Shown piece after piece: positions 37,445 to 47,657 of a stretch of 64,000 nucleotides of DNA. Origin of the DNA: Firmicutes bacterium UBA2203 (lineage in GTDB: Bacteria; Bacillota; Desulfotomaculia; Desulfotomaculales; Nap2-2B); contig DCUX01000046.1 in assembly GCA_002327235.1 (NCBI GenBank), positions 4,032-68,031 on the forward strand, given 5' to 3'. The position numbers and the translations under genes are program-made. A model generated the notes under the pieces. The model saw only the letters and a list, made by a program, of their open reading frames with translations, searched no databases and was not told the origin of the DNA. Positions within the stretch are counted from its first letter, which is position 1. The number at the start of each line of letters is the position of its first letter.

Positions 37445-40015
37445 CTATTTTTCCGAAAATTTAACCTTTCCTGGCCACCAGTTCCATTTCCCAAGTAGAT
37501 AAGCTATGGCTGGGACTAAAATTGCCCGGACAAGAAAAGTATCAATTAAAATTCCAATGGCTACAGAACACCCAATTTGGAAGAGAGTTTGCAAAGGAGA
37601 AGTGGTTAGAGCAGCAAAAGTACCTGCCAGGATTATTCCACAGGCGGTTATCGTCCCGCCCGTTTTACGGGCAGCCTCCCGTACTCCTTGTTTAACCTCC
37701 ATTTTTTCTGATTCTTCCCGAAAACGGGAACTCAAAAAGATATTATAATCTTCCCCTAAAGTAATAAGCAGAACAAAAATTAATATTGGGATGGCATAAC
37801 TTAATCCTCCCTGTCCAAAAACGTCCTGGAATAGCCAGGTAACAATTCCCAGCGTAGTTCCATAGCTTAAGAGAACCGTGGCCAAGAGGTACAAAGGAGC
37901 AACCAGACTTTTCAAGAGGACAATCAGCACCAAAAGAACTCCCGCCATAACCATAACCATTACTTTATTGAAGTCTTTATCGATTACTTCCCGGATATCG
38001 GCAAATTCAGCCGTCTGGCCACCCACATATTTTTCAAACCGGCCGTCAAAATTTTGCCCAAGACATTCCCTTAGCTTATGAACTACCTGAAATGCCTGAG
38101 GTGAGTAAGGGTCCTCTTTTAAAATTACATGGAAGCGAAGGGTTTTTTTATCTTTTGAAAAGTAAAAAGCGGTTAATTTTTGTAATTGCTCATTTTTGGC
38201 TACTAAAGATTGTGGATAAAAATAAGCGTGAGGCTTTCGGGAAAAAACATTTTCTAGTTCGCCCAAATTAACTTCTAGTCTTTTCATGGCGTCTTTTAGC
38301 CTGGTTAAAGCAACGGGGGGAAAGGTGAAAGTCTGAGGAGGTTGACCTCCGTTTTGTTGAAAACTTAAGGTCGCTAGAAGGGCAAAACTTTGCTTATAAG
38401 CAGGATGTTCCTTAATTTCTGGGTAAGTATCCCCTAATTCTGTAAGATAATCACGAAAAGTTTCGGAGAAATCCGCTAAAAAAGCAGGTTTTAATTCTGT
38501 ATTTATTCCCGGTAAGATTAATTCTTTAACCTGGCTAAGTTGGGCTCTTAAACCTTTAAGTTGGTTTTTCACTAAAAATGGAGAATTAGAAAGTTTTCCG
38601 TCCGGGGCGATAATGCTCTCTATTTTGGCCACACCTTCGATTTGCGAAATTTTGCTGATTGCCCTTTCTAAAGTGGAAAAATAAGCCTTTAAATCTTTCT
38701 CTGGCGAGTTAATAATTACCACCAAAGGCATCATTTCCCCTTGAGAAAAGTGGTTTTTTAAAATTTCAAAACCCATGACGGAATCTTTATCTTTAGGTAT
38801 TTCAGCCAGAAGATCAAAAGATGTCTTCAACTGGGGAAGCTTCAAGTAAGGGATGAGCAAAAGAAAAATCAGGAGAGGGACGATTATTTTTGCCTTGTTG
38901 GTAACAAAATCGGTAATTCTGGACCAGTTAAAGAAAAGCGCCTGGCGTGGCCTTTCCACAACTGAAAAAGGCCAGAAAAGTTTGGCGCCCAGGATACTGG
39001 CTAAAGCGGGGGTAAAGGTAAGACTGGCCAAAAGAGTAACGCTGATAGCAATAGCAAGCACCGGCCCGATCGTTTTAAGCATCCCGAAGCTTGCGGTGGC
39101 AAGGCCCAGGAAGCCAATGATAACAGTAGCGGCAGAAGCAGTGATTACTGCCCCAATCTTATTTACCGTGATTAAAGAGGCCTTATCTGGGGAGTTGCCA
39201 CGGGCCATTTCTTCCTTTAGGCGGGAAATAATAAACAAACAATAATCAGTTCCGATTCCAAAACTTAAGACGATTAAAAATGAATCTATGGTGGAGGAAA
39301 TTTTCCACCCGGCCTGAGCCAGAAAACCAACAATACCACGGGAAATAAGAAAAGCAACTGTGATTGTGGCTAGGGGAAGCAAAAAAGCAACCGGCGAGCG
39401 GTAAATAAGTAAAAGTAAGATAATTACTAAAATTATTGTAGTAAGGGTGGTACGGTCAATGCTTTCTTCAACTGTTGTTGCAAGATCGGCGCCTATTCCT
39501 GCAGGACCGGTTAAATGAACGACTAAATTTGCTGGTTTATTTTCTTTTAAATGTTGGCGGATTGCCTTTACAGTTTCCCTGCTCTTTTCCTCAAAAGAAA
39601 GGGTGGTAAAATTAACTTGCATAATCATTGTGGTTTTATCAGCGCTGAGAAAAAGAGAGGCAGTTTCCGGACGGGTAAATGCAGAAAATACTTCTTTAAC
39701 TCCCCGGGGTTTTTGGGTGGAAGACAGCCATCTGGAAATTTTTTGCGCGTAATTAAAATCATTTTTTTGCAACCCCGCGGGGCGGAAAAATACCAGCGTC
39801 CCTGTTCTTGCCAAAGATTCTTCAGGAAATTTTTCTTTAATTAAATCCCGAACTTTTATCGATTCAACATTCCGGGGCAAAAAATCTGAATCATCTATCG
39901 TTCCTACTTTACTAAGCGAAGGGGCTTTCAGGCCAAGAACCAAAGCCAGAATTACCCAGAAGGCGAGAATCAAATAGCGGTAAGAAACAACTTTGGCTCC
40001 GATTTTTTCAAACAT
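37445..40015 (-). CDS. MMPL/RND-superfamily membrane transporter
   Basis: 856 aa with two repeated 6-TM MMPL modules (...GTDYCLF..SR..EE...; ...GEDYNIFLSSRFREE...). Confidence 0.85.
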   Translation of the reverse strand: MFEKIGAKVVSYRYLILAFWVILALVLGLKAPSLSKVGTIDDSDFLPRNVESIKVRDLIKEKFPEESLARTGTLVFFRPAGLQKNDFNYAQKISRWLSSTQKPRGVKEVFSAFTRPETASLFLSADKTTMIMQVNFTTLSFEEKSRETVKAIRQHLKENKPANLVVHLTGPAGIGADLATTVEESIDRTTLTTIILVIILLLLIYRSPVAFLLPLATITVAFLISRGIVGFLAQAGWKISSTIDSFLIVLSFGIGTDYCLFIISRLKEEMARGNSPDKASLITVNKIGAVITASAATVIIGFLGLATASFGMLKTIGPVLAIAISVTLLASLTFTPALASILGAKLFWPFSVVERPRQALFFNWSRITDFVTNKAKIIVPLLIFLLLIPYLKLPQLKTSFDLLAEIPKDKDSVMGFEILKNHFSQGEMMPLVVIINSPEKDLKAYFSTLERAISKISQIEGVAKIESIIAPDGKLSNSPFLVKNQLKGLRAQLSQVKELILPGINTELKPAFLADFSETFRDYLTELGDTYPEIKEHPAYKQSFALLATLSFQQNGGQPPQTFTFPPVALTRLKDAMKRLEVNLGELENVFSRKPHAYFYPQSLVAKNEQLQKLTAFYFSKDKKTLRFHVILKEDPYSPQAFQVVHKLRECLGQNFDGRFEKYVGGQTAEFADIREVIDKDFNKVMVMVMAGVLLVLIVLLKSLVAPLYLLATVLLSYGTTLGIVTWLFQDVFGQGGLSYAIPILIFVLLITLGEDYNIFLSSRFREESEKMEVKQGVREAARKTGGTITACGIILAGTFAALTTSPLQTLFQIGCSVAIGILIDTFLVRAILVPAIAYLLGKWNWWPGKVKFSEK

Positions 40016-40283
40016 TTTTTGTTCCTCGTTTTATCTTTATAAAATTGAAATTAGTTATTTGCTATAAACTTGAGATTTATACTAAGGAAAATCAACTGGG
40101 GAGTAGACGTCGATATATCTGGTATACCGTGAGGGTTCCAAAAATGCTTCATAAACGTCTCGCAATTGAGGCATAAAGGAAAGAGGTATCGCTTAACCAG
40201 TATCTTGTCTATAAGTTGAGCCGCTAAGTTTCCCTATCAGAACTGTACGGTTCATCAACAGCGCAATATATCTCAAAACTCCT

Positions 40284-40688
40284 TTAAGAGCCTAGACTTA
40301 CTCCGGCCGTCCCCCCGGTAATGCCGGCCACCAAAGCCAGGACAAGCTTTAACCCTAAGGGAGCCACGGATACGGAAAAAGAAAAAAATACAGCCGCCGT
40401 AATTAAAGCCAGCAAAAAGAAAAGTACCGCCACCCCCAGTCCATGGTAAATACCCTTGTTTTTTGTTTGTTGGGCGGTCCACCAAGCCCCTAAAAAAATG
40501 CTAAGAAAAAATAGGCCATTTATTATCCAAGGCAAACTGCTTTCGGTAAAATCAGCAAAGTAATAAACAAGCCCAATAATAACACTTCCTAAAACAGATG
40601 CAGCCAAACTTAACAAGGTCCCTTTAATTATAGCCAGCCAATTTAGGAAAGTACCGCGTTCTTGTTTTAAAACAACCACCTTTTTCAC
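40284..40688 (-). CDS. Small 4-TM membrane protein (resembles the TIGR04086-type Firmicute family)
   Basis: 134 aa, four hydrophobic segments. Family assignment is from memory only. Confidence 0.5.
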   Translation of the reverse strand: MKKVVVLKQERGTFLNWLAIIKGTLLSLAASVLGSVIIGLVYYFADFTESSLPWIINGLFFLSIFLGAWWTAQQTKNKGIYHGLGVAVLFFLLALITAAVFFSFSVSVAPLGLKLVLALVAGITGGTAGVSLGS

Positions 40689-40705
40689 CCCTTGCTTTAA
40701 AATAA

Positions 40706-40820
40706 GTAACTACTCAGGCACAAAGGCACAAAGTTTTTGTCTATTTATTACTTAATGTTTTTATTTCCCTTTGTGCCTTTGTGCCTTTGTGCCTTTGCCC
40801 CTTTGTGCCTGAGTAGTTAC
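40706..40820. mobile_element. Family-D MITE-like element (115 bp)
   Basis: GTAACTACTCAGGCACAAAGGCACAAAG ... CTTTGTGCCTTTGTGCCTTTGTGCCTTTGCCCCTTTGTGCCTGAGTAGTTAC. Confidence 0.75.
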
Positions 40821-40935
40821 ATTAATTCTATGTAATAAGGCATAGAAAATATAACCTTTAGATTAGAAAATAAAACGGTCGAAAAATTAGAGAACATGTT
40901 GGTAAATTTTGTTTTAAACAGGCAGGAAATTAAAG

Positions 40936-41940
40936 GTGGAGAAGAGAAATAATGTATTAAGGAGGGATGCTAAAGTGCTTAAGTCAACTAAACTACCAAG
41001 AGTACTTGCCAAAGGTGTTTTAGGGCGGGTAATAGCCTTAATATTGGAGGTTTTGGGGGCAGAGGAGCAAGCCTTACGTTGGGTTAGCCGCAGCTTAAAA
41101 TGGGTTTCTGAGCCGTCCCAGGTACATTTTCAAGCGACCAGGCTTTGTTTAAAAAGGGGCCGGGTAGACCAGGCTATGTGGCACTGGAAAAAAGCGGTTG
41201 GTGAAGAGCAAAGTAAAGCCAGTTTACTTTACTGGTTAAAGCGTACCAATCACCTCCCCGATTCACCAGCGTATTTAGTTTCTTTTCCGGGTAAGCTCAA
41301 TTCCAATTTTTCTCACGACAGGCTTGACTCTTGCGCTCTTCTTTTTAACTTAAGCCTGGCCTTAAGCAAGACAGGCTACCATCAAAAAGCGCTAGAATGT
41401 TATCAGCTTTTACAGGCAAAAGGCATAAACACGGTAGAGTTATTAAACAATAAGGGCTATAACTTTTATCATCTGGGGCGTTACGAAGAGGCTGTCTTAT
41501 GTTACGAACTGGCCAGGGAAATGTCTTTGGGAAACGGATTATTACTAACCAACCTGGCTGCCTGTTACCAGCGGTTAAAAATCTATCCGCAAGCCTTAAA
41601 ACATTACGAAGCCGCCCTGCAAAGTGCGGCTAACGACACGATAACCCTTAATAATTATGCTTGTTGCTTAATGGAAATAGGCCGGCCCGAAGAAGCGCTT
41701 GAATTATATAACCGGGCTCTAGCGATTTCTCCTGAGCATAAAACTTATTTATTGAATAAAGCTGTTTGTTTATTTACCCTCCAGCGTAATAAAGATTCAT
41801 TGATTATTTGTGATCAAGTCCTGGCCCAAGAACCCTATTGTTTTGAAGCCTGGGGGCTGCGGGGTAATTTATTAAATGTAACCGGTCAATCCAAAGAGGC
41901 CGCGTTTTGTTACTGCCGGGCTTTAGGACTGGCCTGTTGA
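40936..41940 (+). CDS. Tetratricopeptide repeat protein
   Basis: 334 aa with several 34-aa TPR-like units (...YHQKALECYQLL..., GRYEEAVLCYELA, IYPQALKHYEAAL, GRPEEALELYNRAL). Confidence 0.75.
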   Translation: MEKRNNVLRRDAKVLKSTKLPRVLAKGVLGRVIALILEVLGAEEQALRWVSRSLKWVSEPSQVHFQATRLCLKRGRVDQAMWHWKKAVGEEQSKASLLYWLKRTNHLPDSPAYLVSFPGKLNSNFSHDRLDSCALLFNLSLALSKTGYHQKALECYQLLQAKGINTVELLNNKGYNFYHLGRYEEAVLCYELAREMSLGNGLLLTNLAACYQRLKIYPQALKHYEAALQSAANDTITLNNYACCLMEIGRPEEALELYNRALAISPEHKTYLLNKAVCLFTLQRNKDSLIICDQVLAQEPYCFEAWGLRGNLLNVTGQSKEAAFCYCRALGLAC

Positions 41941-42584
41941 GGCACGATAAGGATCATTTTGCCTAAACGCCGTAAAAACCTGCCCAGGAAATAAAAAAGG
42001 AATATAATCATAATTTTTATCCCGGCCATTAAAAAATAACCTGCCCGGACGGTAAAGACGCTGTTTATTAAAAAAACAAAAGCAGACCTAGAAAAATCAG
42101 GTGTTACGACCACCACCGGCTTAGTGGCGGGCGGACCTATATAACGATAAATTATAGCTAGAAATAACCCTTTAATTGACCAGACCCAACCTGTGGCCAT
42201 GGCGGTTAAAGCTGCATCAGACAGCCCAATTTTCGTCTGCCAGTATAGTTGTTGAGGTTTTAATTTTTTTATAAAATATAACATAACAGGGAATAGTTTT
42301 AATAACAAGGGCCGGTAATAAACAATAAACCGAAAAATATTCCCCAGGGGTGAATCAGGGCATTTCTTTTTTCCCTCGCCTTTAAATTTGTTTTTAAAAA
42401 ATAATTTCCGGTAAACACGTATCCCAGGCCATAATTTTATTTCCAGCCTAAAATAACTGTTTTCCCCCTGGTAAAAATAACGCAGCTTTATTTTTAAGGG
42501 GAGTAAGATAAAGATGAAACCAAAAACAAAAAGTAGGCTGATTAAAAATAAAGAAAAAAATAAACCTAAAGGCATAATTTTCAT
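41910..42584 (-). CDS. Hypothetical membrane protein (possibly DUF2953/YtfI-like)
   Basis: 224 aa. N-terminal TM then ...LKIKLRYFYQGENSYFRLEIKLWPG.... Overlaps the TPR gene end by 31 nt. Confidence 0.35.
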   Translation of the reverse strand: MKIMPLGLFFSLFLISLLFVFGFIFILLPLKIKLRYFYQGENSYFRLEIKLWPGIRVYRKLFFKNKFKGEGKKKCPDSPLGNIFRFIVYYRPLLLKLFPVMLYFIKKLKPQQLYWQTKIGLSDAALTAMATGWVWSIKGLFLAIIYRYIGPPATKPVVVVTPDFSRSAFVFLINSVFTVRAGYFLMAGIKIMIIFLFYFLGRFLRRLGKMILIVPQQASPKARQ

Positions 42585-42631
42585 CTCTTTTCTTCTTGCG
42601 TTTATTTTACCTTTGGAGGTATTATTTTATT

Positions 42632-43012
42632 ATGTATGAAATAACCGTTAAAAAAACTTTTGCGGCAGCGCACCGTTTACCTAATTACAAAGGACGGTGC
42701 GCTGCCGTGCACGGACATACCTGGACGGTGGAAGTCTCGGTAGCTGGAGTATCTTTAGATGAAAACGGTATGCTTATAGATTTTATCCAGCTTAAAGAAA
42801 TGGTGACGCAAATTACTATAGATTTCGACCACCAGTATTTAAATGAGTTAAAATTAGCCGATTCAGCAGTTACTGCTTATCCTACGGCGGAAAATTTAGC
42901 GGGTTATATTTTTAAGCAGTTAGGTAAATTACTGCCGCCTAACCTTAGTTTAACCAAAGTAAAGGTGTGGGAATCAGCAGATGCTGCTGCTTCTTATCAG
43001 GAGGGGGTTTAG
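42632..43012 (+). CDS. queD: 6-carboxy-5,6,7,8-tetrahydropterin synthase
   Basis: The MYEITVKKTFAAAHRL....C...HGHTW pattern is diagnostic. The ORF track opens it at 42596. Confidence 0.85.
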   Translation: MYEITVKKTFAAAHRLPNYKGRCAAVHGHTWTVEVSVAGVSLDENGMLIDFIQLKEMVTQITIDFDHQYLNELKLADSAVTAYPTAENLAGYIFKQLGKLLPPNLSLTKVKVWESADAAASYQEGV

Positions 43013-43684
43013 TTGCTTTTGAAAAGTGTTGTTTTGCTTTCTGGCGGCCTTGATTCTACCGTTTCTTTGGCCCAGGCCATGCGGGAAAGCAAAGTAGAAC
43101 TTTGTTTAACCATGGATTATGGTCAACGGGCGGCCCCCCGGGAAATAAAAGCGGCTAAGGAAATTTGCCTTTATTACCATATACCCCATCAGGTGATAGA
43201 ATTACCTTTTTTAAAACAAATTACGCGTACGGCTCTAACTGACCGGGAAGCTAAAATACCTGAACCGGCCGAAGAAAGTTTAAACGACCTGACTATTATC
43301 CGGGGTACCGCGACGGAGGTTTGGGTTCCCAACCGCAATGGTTTGTTTATTAACCTGGCGGCTTGTTTTGCGGAAAGCCTGGGCTGCAATTTGATTGTTA
43401 CCGGTTTTAACCGGGAAGAAGCCGCTACTTTTCCTGATAACAGTGAAGATTTTGTTCACGCCGTTAATCGCGCCCTAAACTTTACGCTTACCTCCCGTAA
43501 GGTTAAGGTGGTCAGTTACACCCAAAGACTGGATAAAGCAGAAATCGTTTATTTAGGACAACGTCTGGGTATTCCTTGGGGCTTGTTATGGAGTTGCTAT
43601 TTTGGCGGGCAAGCGGCTTGCGGGCGGTGTGAAAGCTGTCTTCGTTACAGGCGGGCTTGTAAATCGGCAAATCTTTCTTTATAA
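43013..43684 (+). CDS. queC: 7-cyano-7-deazaguanine synthase
   Basis: VVLLSGGLDSTV PP-loop and C-terminal CGRCESC zinc site. TTG start abuts the queD stop. Confidence 0.9.
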   Translation: MLLKSVVLLSGGLDSTVSLAQAMRESKVELCLTMDYGQRAAPREIKAAKEICLYYHIPHQVIELPFLKQITRTALTDREAKIPEPAEESLNDLTIIRGTATEVWVPNRNGLFINLAACFAESLGCNLIVTGFNREEAATFPDNSEDFVHAVNRALNFTLTSRKVKVVSYTQRLDKAEIVYLGQRLGIPWGLLWSCYFGGQAACGRCESCLRYRRACKSANLSL

Positions 43685-44253
43685 TGACTATGCATACTTA
43701 TTATTTGGCGGAAAAATTGTTATATGACGGTACTCAACTGGCTTCTTTATGGGCCCTGCGGAATTTTCGCCTGCAAGGGGACAGTATTGTTAGTTTTCGG
43801 GGTCCCTGCCGGGTGGATTGTTCGGCGCTGGTTGACGTAAAAGATGTTCTTGATCAAGCACCCATTTTTAGTGAAGATATGCTGCATTTTATTGTGGAGC
43901 ATTTTGAGCTGGATTTATCTAAAACTATTTTGCGGCAACGGATTTTAATATCCTTAATTAAAGAAATTTTAGAGACCAAAGGGAACTTGAGTTGTAACCG
44001 CCGCGGTGATGACCTTTTTATAGCGGGAAAAAAGCTTTCGGTTTCTATTGCTACTCTTACGCCGGTATCCACCATGATTCATGTCGGGTTAAATACAACC
44101 AGCAAAAATACCCCGGTGGTAACCATAGGACTTTTAGAAATGGGTTGGACCGAAAAAGAGCTTCCGGTCCTGGCAGAATTGATCTGCCAGTCATACGCCC
44201 GTGAAATGCGGGAAGTACAGCAGGCCCGGTGTAAAGTGAGGGGTGTGGGATAA
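43684..44253 (+). CDS. DUF366-like protein embedded in the queuosine operon
   Basis: 189 aa. ATG overlaps the queC stop (TAATG). Family assignment is from memory of DUF366/COG2029 co-occurring with que genes. Confidence 0.45.
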   Translation: MTMHTYYLAEKLLYDGTQLASLWALRNFRLQGDSIVSFRGPCRVDCSALVDVKDVLDQAPIFSEDMLHFIVEHFELDLSKTILRQRILISLIKEILETKGNLSCNRRGDDLFIAGKKLSVSIATLTPVSTMIHVGLNTTSKNTPVVTIGLLEMGWTEKELPVLAELICQSYAREMREVQQARCKVRGVG

Positions 44254-44307
44254 ATAAAAGGGGGGACTGCCGGAAACGCGTGCTCTTTAAGAGAAATCTT
44301 TTCTTCT

Positions 44308-45009
44308 ATGCAGGGGGAAGGTTTAGCTTTAGGGCAGCGTCATATTTTTTTACGTTTTCCTGCCTGCAACCTTAATTGTGCTTATTGCGATACTCCCCGG
44401 GACCCTTACCCTGACTTTTGTTATTGGGAGCGGACGCCAGGAAAACGGGACTTTGAACTTTTGCCTAACCCGCTTACGCCAGACCAAATCATAGCGGCCG
44501 TAAATAAATGGGACTTGACTTTGCCCCACGCATTTAGCTTAACCGGGGGGGAGCCCCTTTTGTACGCGGATTTTCTAACCCGGTTAATCCCCTTATTAAC
44601 CAAAACCCGGAAGGGCATTTATCTGGAAACTAATGGTACCTTACCGGAGCAGCTAAAGCAGATTATTTCACGGGTAAATATAATCGCCATGGACTTTAAA
44701 TTGCCAAGTTCTTCCCGTTTACCGCCGCTTTGGGAAAAACACTGGCAATTTTTAAGTGTAGCGCAGCAAAAAGATGTTTTTGTAAAAATTGTAGTTACGG
44801 AAAATACTACTGATGAGGAAATAAAACAGGCCCTTAAAGTAATTAAAGCGGTAAAGGAAGTAGCTGTAATTATTCAGCCCGTAACCTTACCCGTTAATAG
44901 ACCAGGGGTTAGCCCGGCAAGAGTACTGGCTATTCAGGAACTGGCTTTACGTGAACTAAATGAAGTCAGGATAATTCCCCAGGTCCATAAATGGTTACAA
45001 CAACTTTAG
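44308..45009 (+). CDS. queE: 7-carboxy-7-deazaguanine synthase (radical SAM)
   Basis: QGEG...FLRFPACNLNCAYCDT motif. The conserved EIFSS residues lie in frame upstream of ATG 44308 without a canonical start codon. Confidence 0.8.
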   Translation: MQGEGLALGQRHIFLRFPACNLNCAYCDTPRDPYPDFCYWERTPGKRDFELLPNPLTPDQIIAAVNKWDLTLPHAFSLTGGEPLLYADFLTRLIPLLTKTRKGIYLETNGTLPEQLKQIISRVNIIAMDFKLPSSSRLPPLWEKHWQFLSVAQQKDVFVKIVVTENTTDEEIKQALKVIKAVKEVAVIIQPVTLPVNRPGVSPARVLAIQELALRELNEVRIIPQVHKWLQQL

Positions 45010-45035
45010 GTAAATTAGGGAGAAAATTAAATTAA

Positions 45036-45599
45036 ATGATTGACCGGCCAAAGGTAGAACAAGCAGTACGTTTATTTTTAGAGGCAATTGGCGAGGACCC
45101 TATCCGGGAAGGCTTACGGGAAACACCGGCTCGGGTGGCCAGCATGTGTCAGGAAATTTTTTGCGGTCTATGGGAAGATCCCCAGGAACACCTGCAAACT
45201 GTTATTTCCGAAGAGCATGACGAAATGATTTTAGTTAAAGATATTCCTTTTTACGCTATTTGTGAACACCACTTGTTACCATTTTTTGGCAAGGCGCACG
45301 TGGCTTACATTCCTCGGCACAATAAACTAACCGGTCTTTCTAAATTAGCCCGGGTAGTCGCAGGTTTTTGTACCCGTCCGCAATTACAGGAACGGTTAAC
45401 CACTCAAATAGCCGATACTATTAATACTAAACTCAATACTATGGGTGTACTGGTGGTAATTGAAGCTGAACATATGTGCATGACTATGCGGGGGGTAAAA
45501 AAACCTGGTTCAAAAACAATTACTTCGGCCGTACGCGGCGTTTTCCGTAAAAATGCCGTTACCAGGGCCGAAGCTTTAGCGTTAATTAAAGACAAATAA
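45036..45599 (+). CDS. folE: GTP cyclohydrolase I
   Basis: 187 aa. ...[17 protein letters not shown] and ...QERLT.QIA motifs. Confidence 0.9.
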   Translation: MIDRPKVEQAVRLFLEAIGEDPIREGLRETPARVASMCQEIFCGLWEDPQEHLQTVISEEHDEMILVKDIPFYAICEHHLLPFFGKAHVAYIPRHNKLTGLSKLARVVAGFCTRPQLQERLTTQIADTINTKLNTMGVLVVIEAEHMCMTMRGVKKPGSKTITSAVRGVFRKNAVTRAEALALIKDK

Positions 45600-45691
45600 A
45601 ATGTATAAACCTAAAAACAAAAGAGCAGCCGTTTTGCTTAAAATTCGTTTTCTGAAGCCTGGTGACTGACGACTATTTTTGGAGGTTGTTT

Positions 45692-46444
45692 ATGCGCATT
45701 TTAATTAGTAATGATGACGGTATTCAGGCTGAAGGGCTAAAGGCTCTGATTAACAGCTTACAGGAAGTAGAAGATATTAAGTTATATGTAGCGGCTCCCG
45801 ACCGGGAACGCAGCGCGGCCGGCCACGGGATTACCGTTCACCGCCCCTTACGCGTGCAAACGGTAGATATTTCTTTTGGTCAGGGATGGGCAGTAGACGG
45901 AACGCCGGCTGATTGTGTTAAGTTGGCCATTGAAGCCTTGCTGCCTGAACCGCCAGATTTAATCATCACCGGCATTAACCAAGGCCCAAATTTAGGAACG
46001 GATGTTTTATATTCAGGAACAGTTTCGGCCGCGATCGAAGGGGTGATTAATGGTTTTCAATCCCTGGCGGTATCCTTAGCCAGTTATGCTTACCATGATT
46101 TTGCCCTGGCCCAAAGTTTTATTAAACAATTGCTGTCCCTGATTAAGAAAAGGGAGATTCCCTCAGGTACTCTTTTAAATATAAATATTCCGGCCGGACA
46201 ATGGCGCGGGGTTAAAATTACCAGACTTGGCAACCGGCGGTACATTAACGTTTTTGATAAACGCACCGATCCCCGCGGGCGGGTTTATTACTGGATGGGC
46301 GGGGAAGCTATGGACGTAGAGGATAATAATAACAACGATACAGACGTTGGCGCCGTAAAAGCCCAATATATTTCCATTACCCCTATCCAGTTGGATTTAA
46401 CCGACTACCGCACCATAATAAAATTGCAGCATTGGCCCTGGTAG
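45692..46444 (+). CDS. surE: 5'/3'-nucleotidase SurE
   Basis: MRILISNDDGI start and GINQGPNLG..V.YSGTV motif. The ORF track opens it at 45662. Confidence 0.9.
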   Translation: MRILISNDDGIQAEGLKALINSLQEVEDIKLYVAAPDRERSAAGHGITVHRPLRVQTVDISFGQGWAVDGTPADCVKLAIEALLPEPPDLIITGINQGPNLGTDVLYSGTVSAAIEGVINGFQSLAVSLASYAYHDFALAQSFIKQLLSLIKKREIPSGTLLNINIPAGQWRGVKITRLGNRRYINVFDKRTDPRGRVYYWMGGEAMDVEDNNNNDTDVGAVKAQYISITPIQLDLTDYRTIIKLQHWPW

Positions 46445-46696
46445 TACGCAGGGTAATTTGTTAGAATAAGACGGAAAAAAATAAAAATAAACGGCATGAA
46501 ATAACATAATATACCAACTCTGGCATTATATAATAGAGCTAGAGTTTTTTATTTTCCAGGTATATTTCTTATGTCCGGGCATATATTTAGGAAAATAAAT
46601 ATTGAGTTAAGACAAGCGCACTCGCAAGAACAAGCTTCCTTTTTAAGGGTGATCAGTAGATTTAATGCCTCTTTTGAAATGAAAAGGGGTTGAATA

Positions 46697-47608
46697 ATGC
46701 AAAATTATATAGTATACGTAGACCAGGTTTTTTTAGCCAATTTGTTTATTAATTACTTAATTTTATGGCTTACCGGCCTGTTTTGCGAGGCAAAAAGCAG
46801 TTTTTTTCGTCTTTTGCTTGGGGCCGCGGCAGGTAGTTTTTATTCCCTGGCCTTATTTTTACCGGAGCTAAGCCCCCTGTTCAGTATCCCTTTAAAACTT
46901 TTATTTTCTCTTTTTATGATTTTAACTGCTTTTGCTCCTTTACCAAAACTACGGTTTTTAAGCTGTTTAGGGATATTTTATTTAATATCCTTTTCATTAG
47001 GGGGGTTTTTATTAGGGTTTCTTTATTTCCTGAATAATACGGCCGGAATAACGGTGAGTCAAGATTTAACGGCTATTAAAGTTTATTTTTGGCCGGGCCT
47101 GCTCCTGGCTTTTTTAGCGGCTTGGTTAGCGTGCCGGACGGGGGCTCAAATTTTATTTAAAAGGTTCCAGCGGCTTCATCTTCAAGTGCTCTTAAAGATT
47201 TACCTGGCGGGAACGGAGGTAGAACTGACGGGTCTTATAGATACAGGCAACAGCTTGAAAGACCCGCTTACCGGTAACCCCGTAATCATAGTCGAGTATA
47301 AGGCTTTAAGTAAAGCATTGCCGGAAAAAATGAAAAAGCTTTTTGAAAGCGGTTTTACGGCAAATAAATTTAACGTTAGAGAATTAGAAACAAATAGTTG
47401 GGCCACTAGGCTACGTTTAATTCCTTACCGGTCCCTGGGACAAAATAATGGTTTTCTAATTGGTCTTAAACCTGACCGGGTGGAGGTTTACCGGGAGGGA
47501 AAAATGATAGTGATAGAAAAAGTTATAATCGGTATTTATTTGAATAGTCTTAATTCCGGTCAAGTCTATCAGGCTTTACTTCACCCTAATCTTTTGGCGG
47601 TGGCTTAA
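46697..47608 (+). CDS. spoIIGA: Sigma-E processing peptidase SpoIIGA
   Basis: 303 aa. N-terminal multi-TM and the DTGNSLKDPLTGNPV aspartic protease motif. Directly upstream of sigE. Confidence 0.85.
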   Translation: MQNYIVYVDQVFLANLFINYLILWLTGLFCEAKSSFFRLLLGAAAGSFYSLALFLPELSPLFSIPLKLLFSLFMILTAFAPLPKLRFLSCLGIFYLISFSLGGFLLGFLYFLNNTAGITVSQDLTAIKVYFWPGLLLAFLAAWLACRTGAQILFKRFQRLHLQVLLKIYLAGTEVELTGLIDTGNSLKDPLTGNPVIIVEYKALSKALPEKMKKLFESGFTANKFNVRELETNSWATRLRLIPYRSLGQNNGFLIGLKPDRVEVYREGKMIVIEKVIIGIYLNSLNSGQVYQALLHPNLLAVA

Positions 47609-47657
47609 ATTTATAATTTTAATATTTTATAATTTAATATTAGGAGTGTGATTAAAA

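Noticed and set aside
40016-40283. 268-nt leader upstream of the MMPL gene, examined for a riboswitch or a small ORF (33-codon MKHFWNPHG...)
   Set aside because: No recognisable RNA-family motifs were found. The ORF lacks an RBS and any conservation signal.
42585-42631. Looked for a preQ1 riboswitch upstream of queD
   Set aside because: The 47-nt gap lacks the conserved preQ1-I hairpin/A-rich tail pattern.
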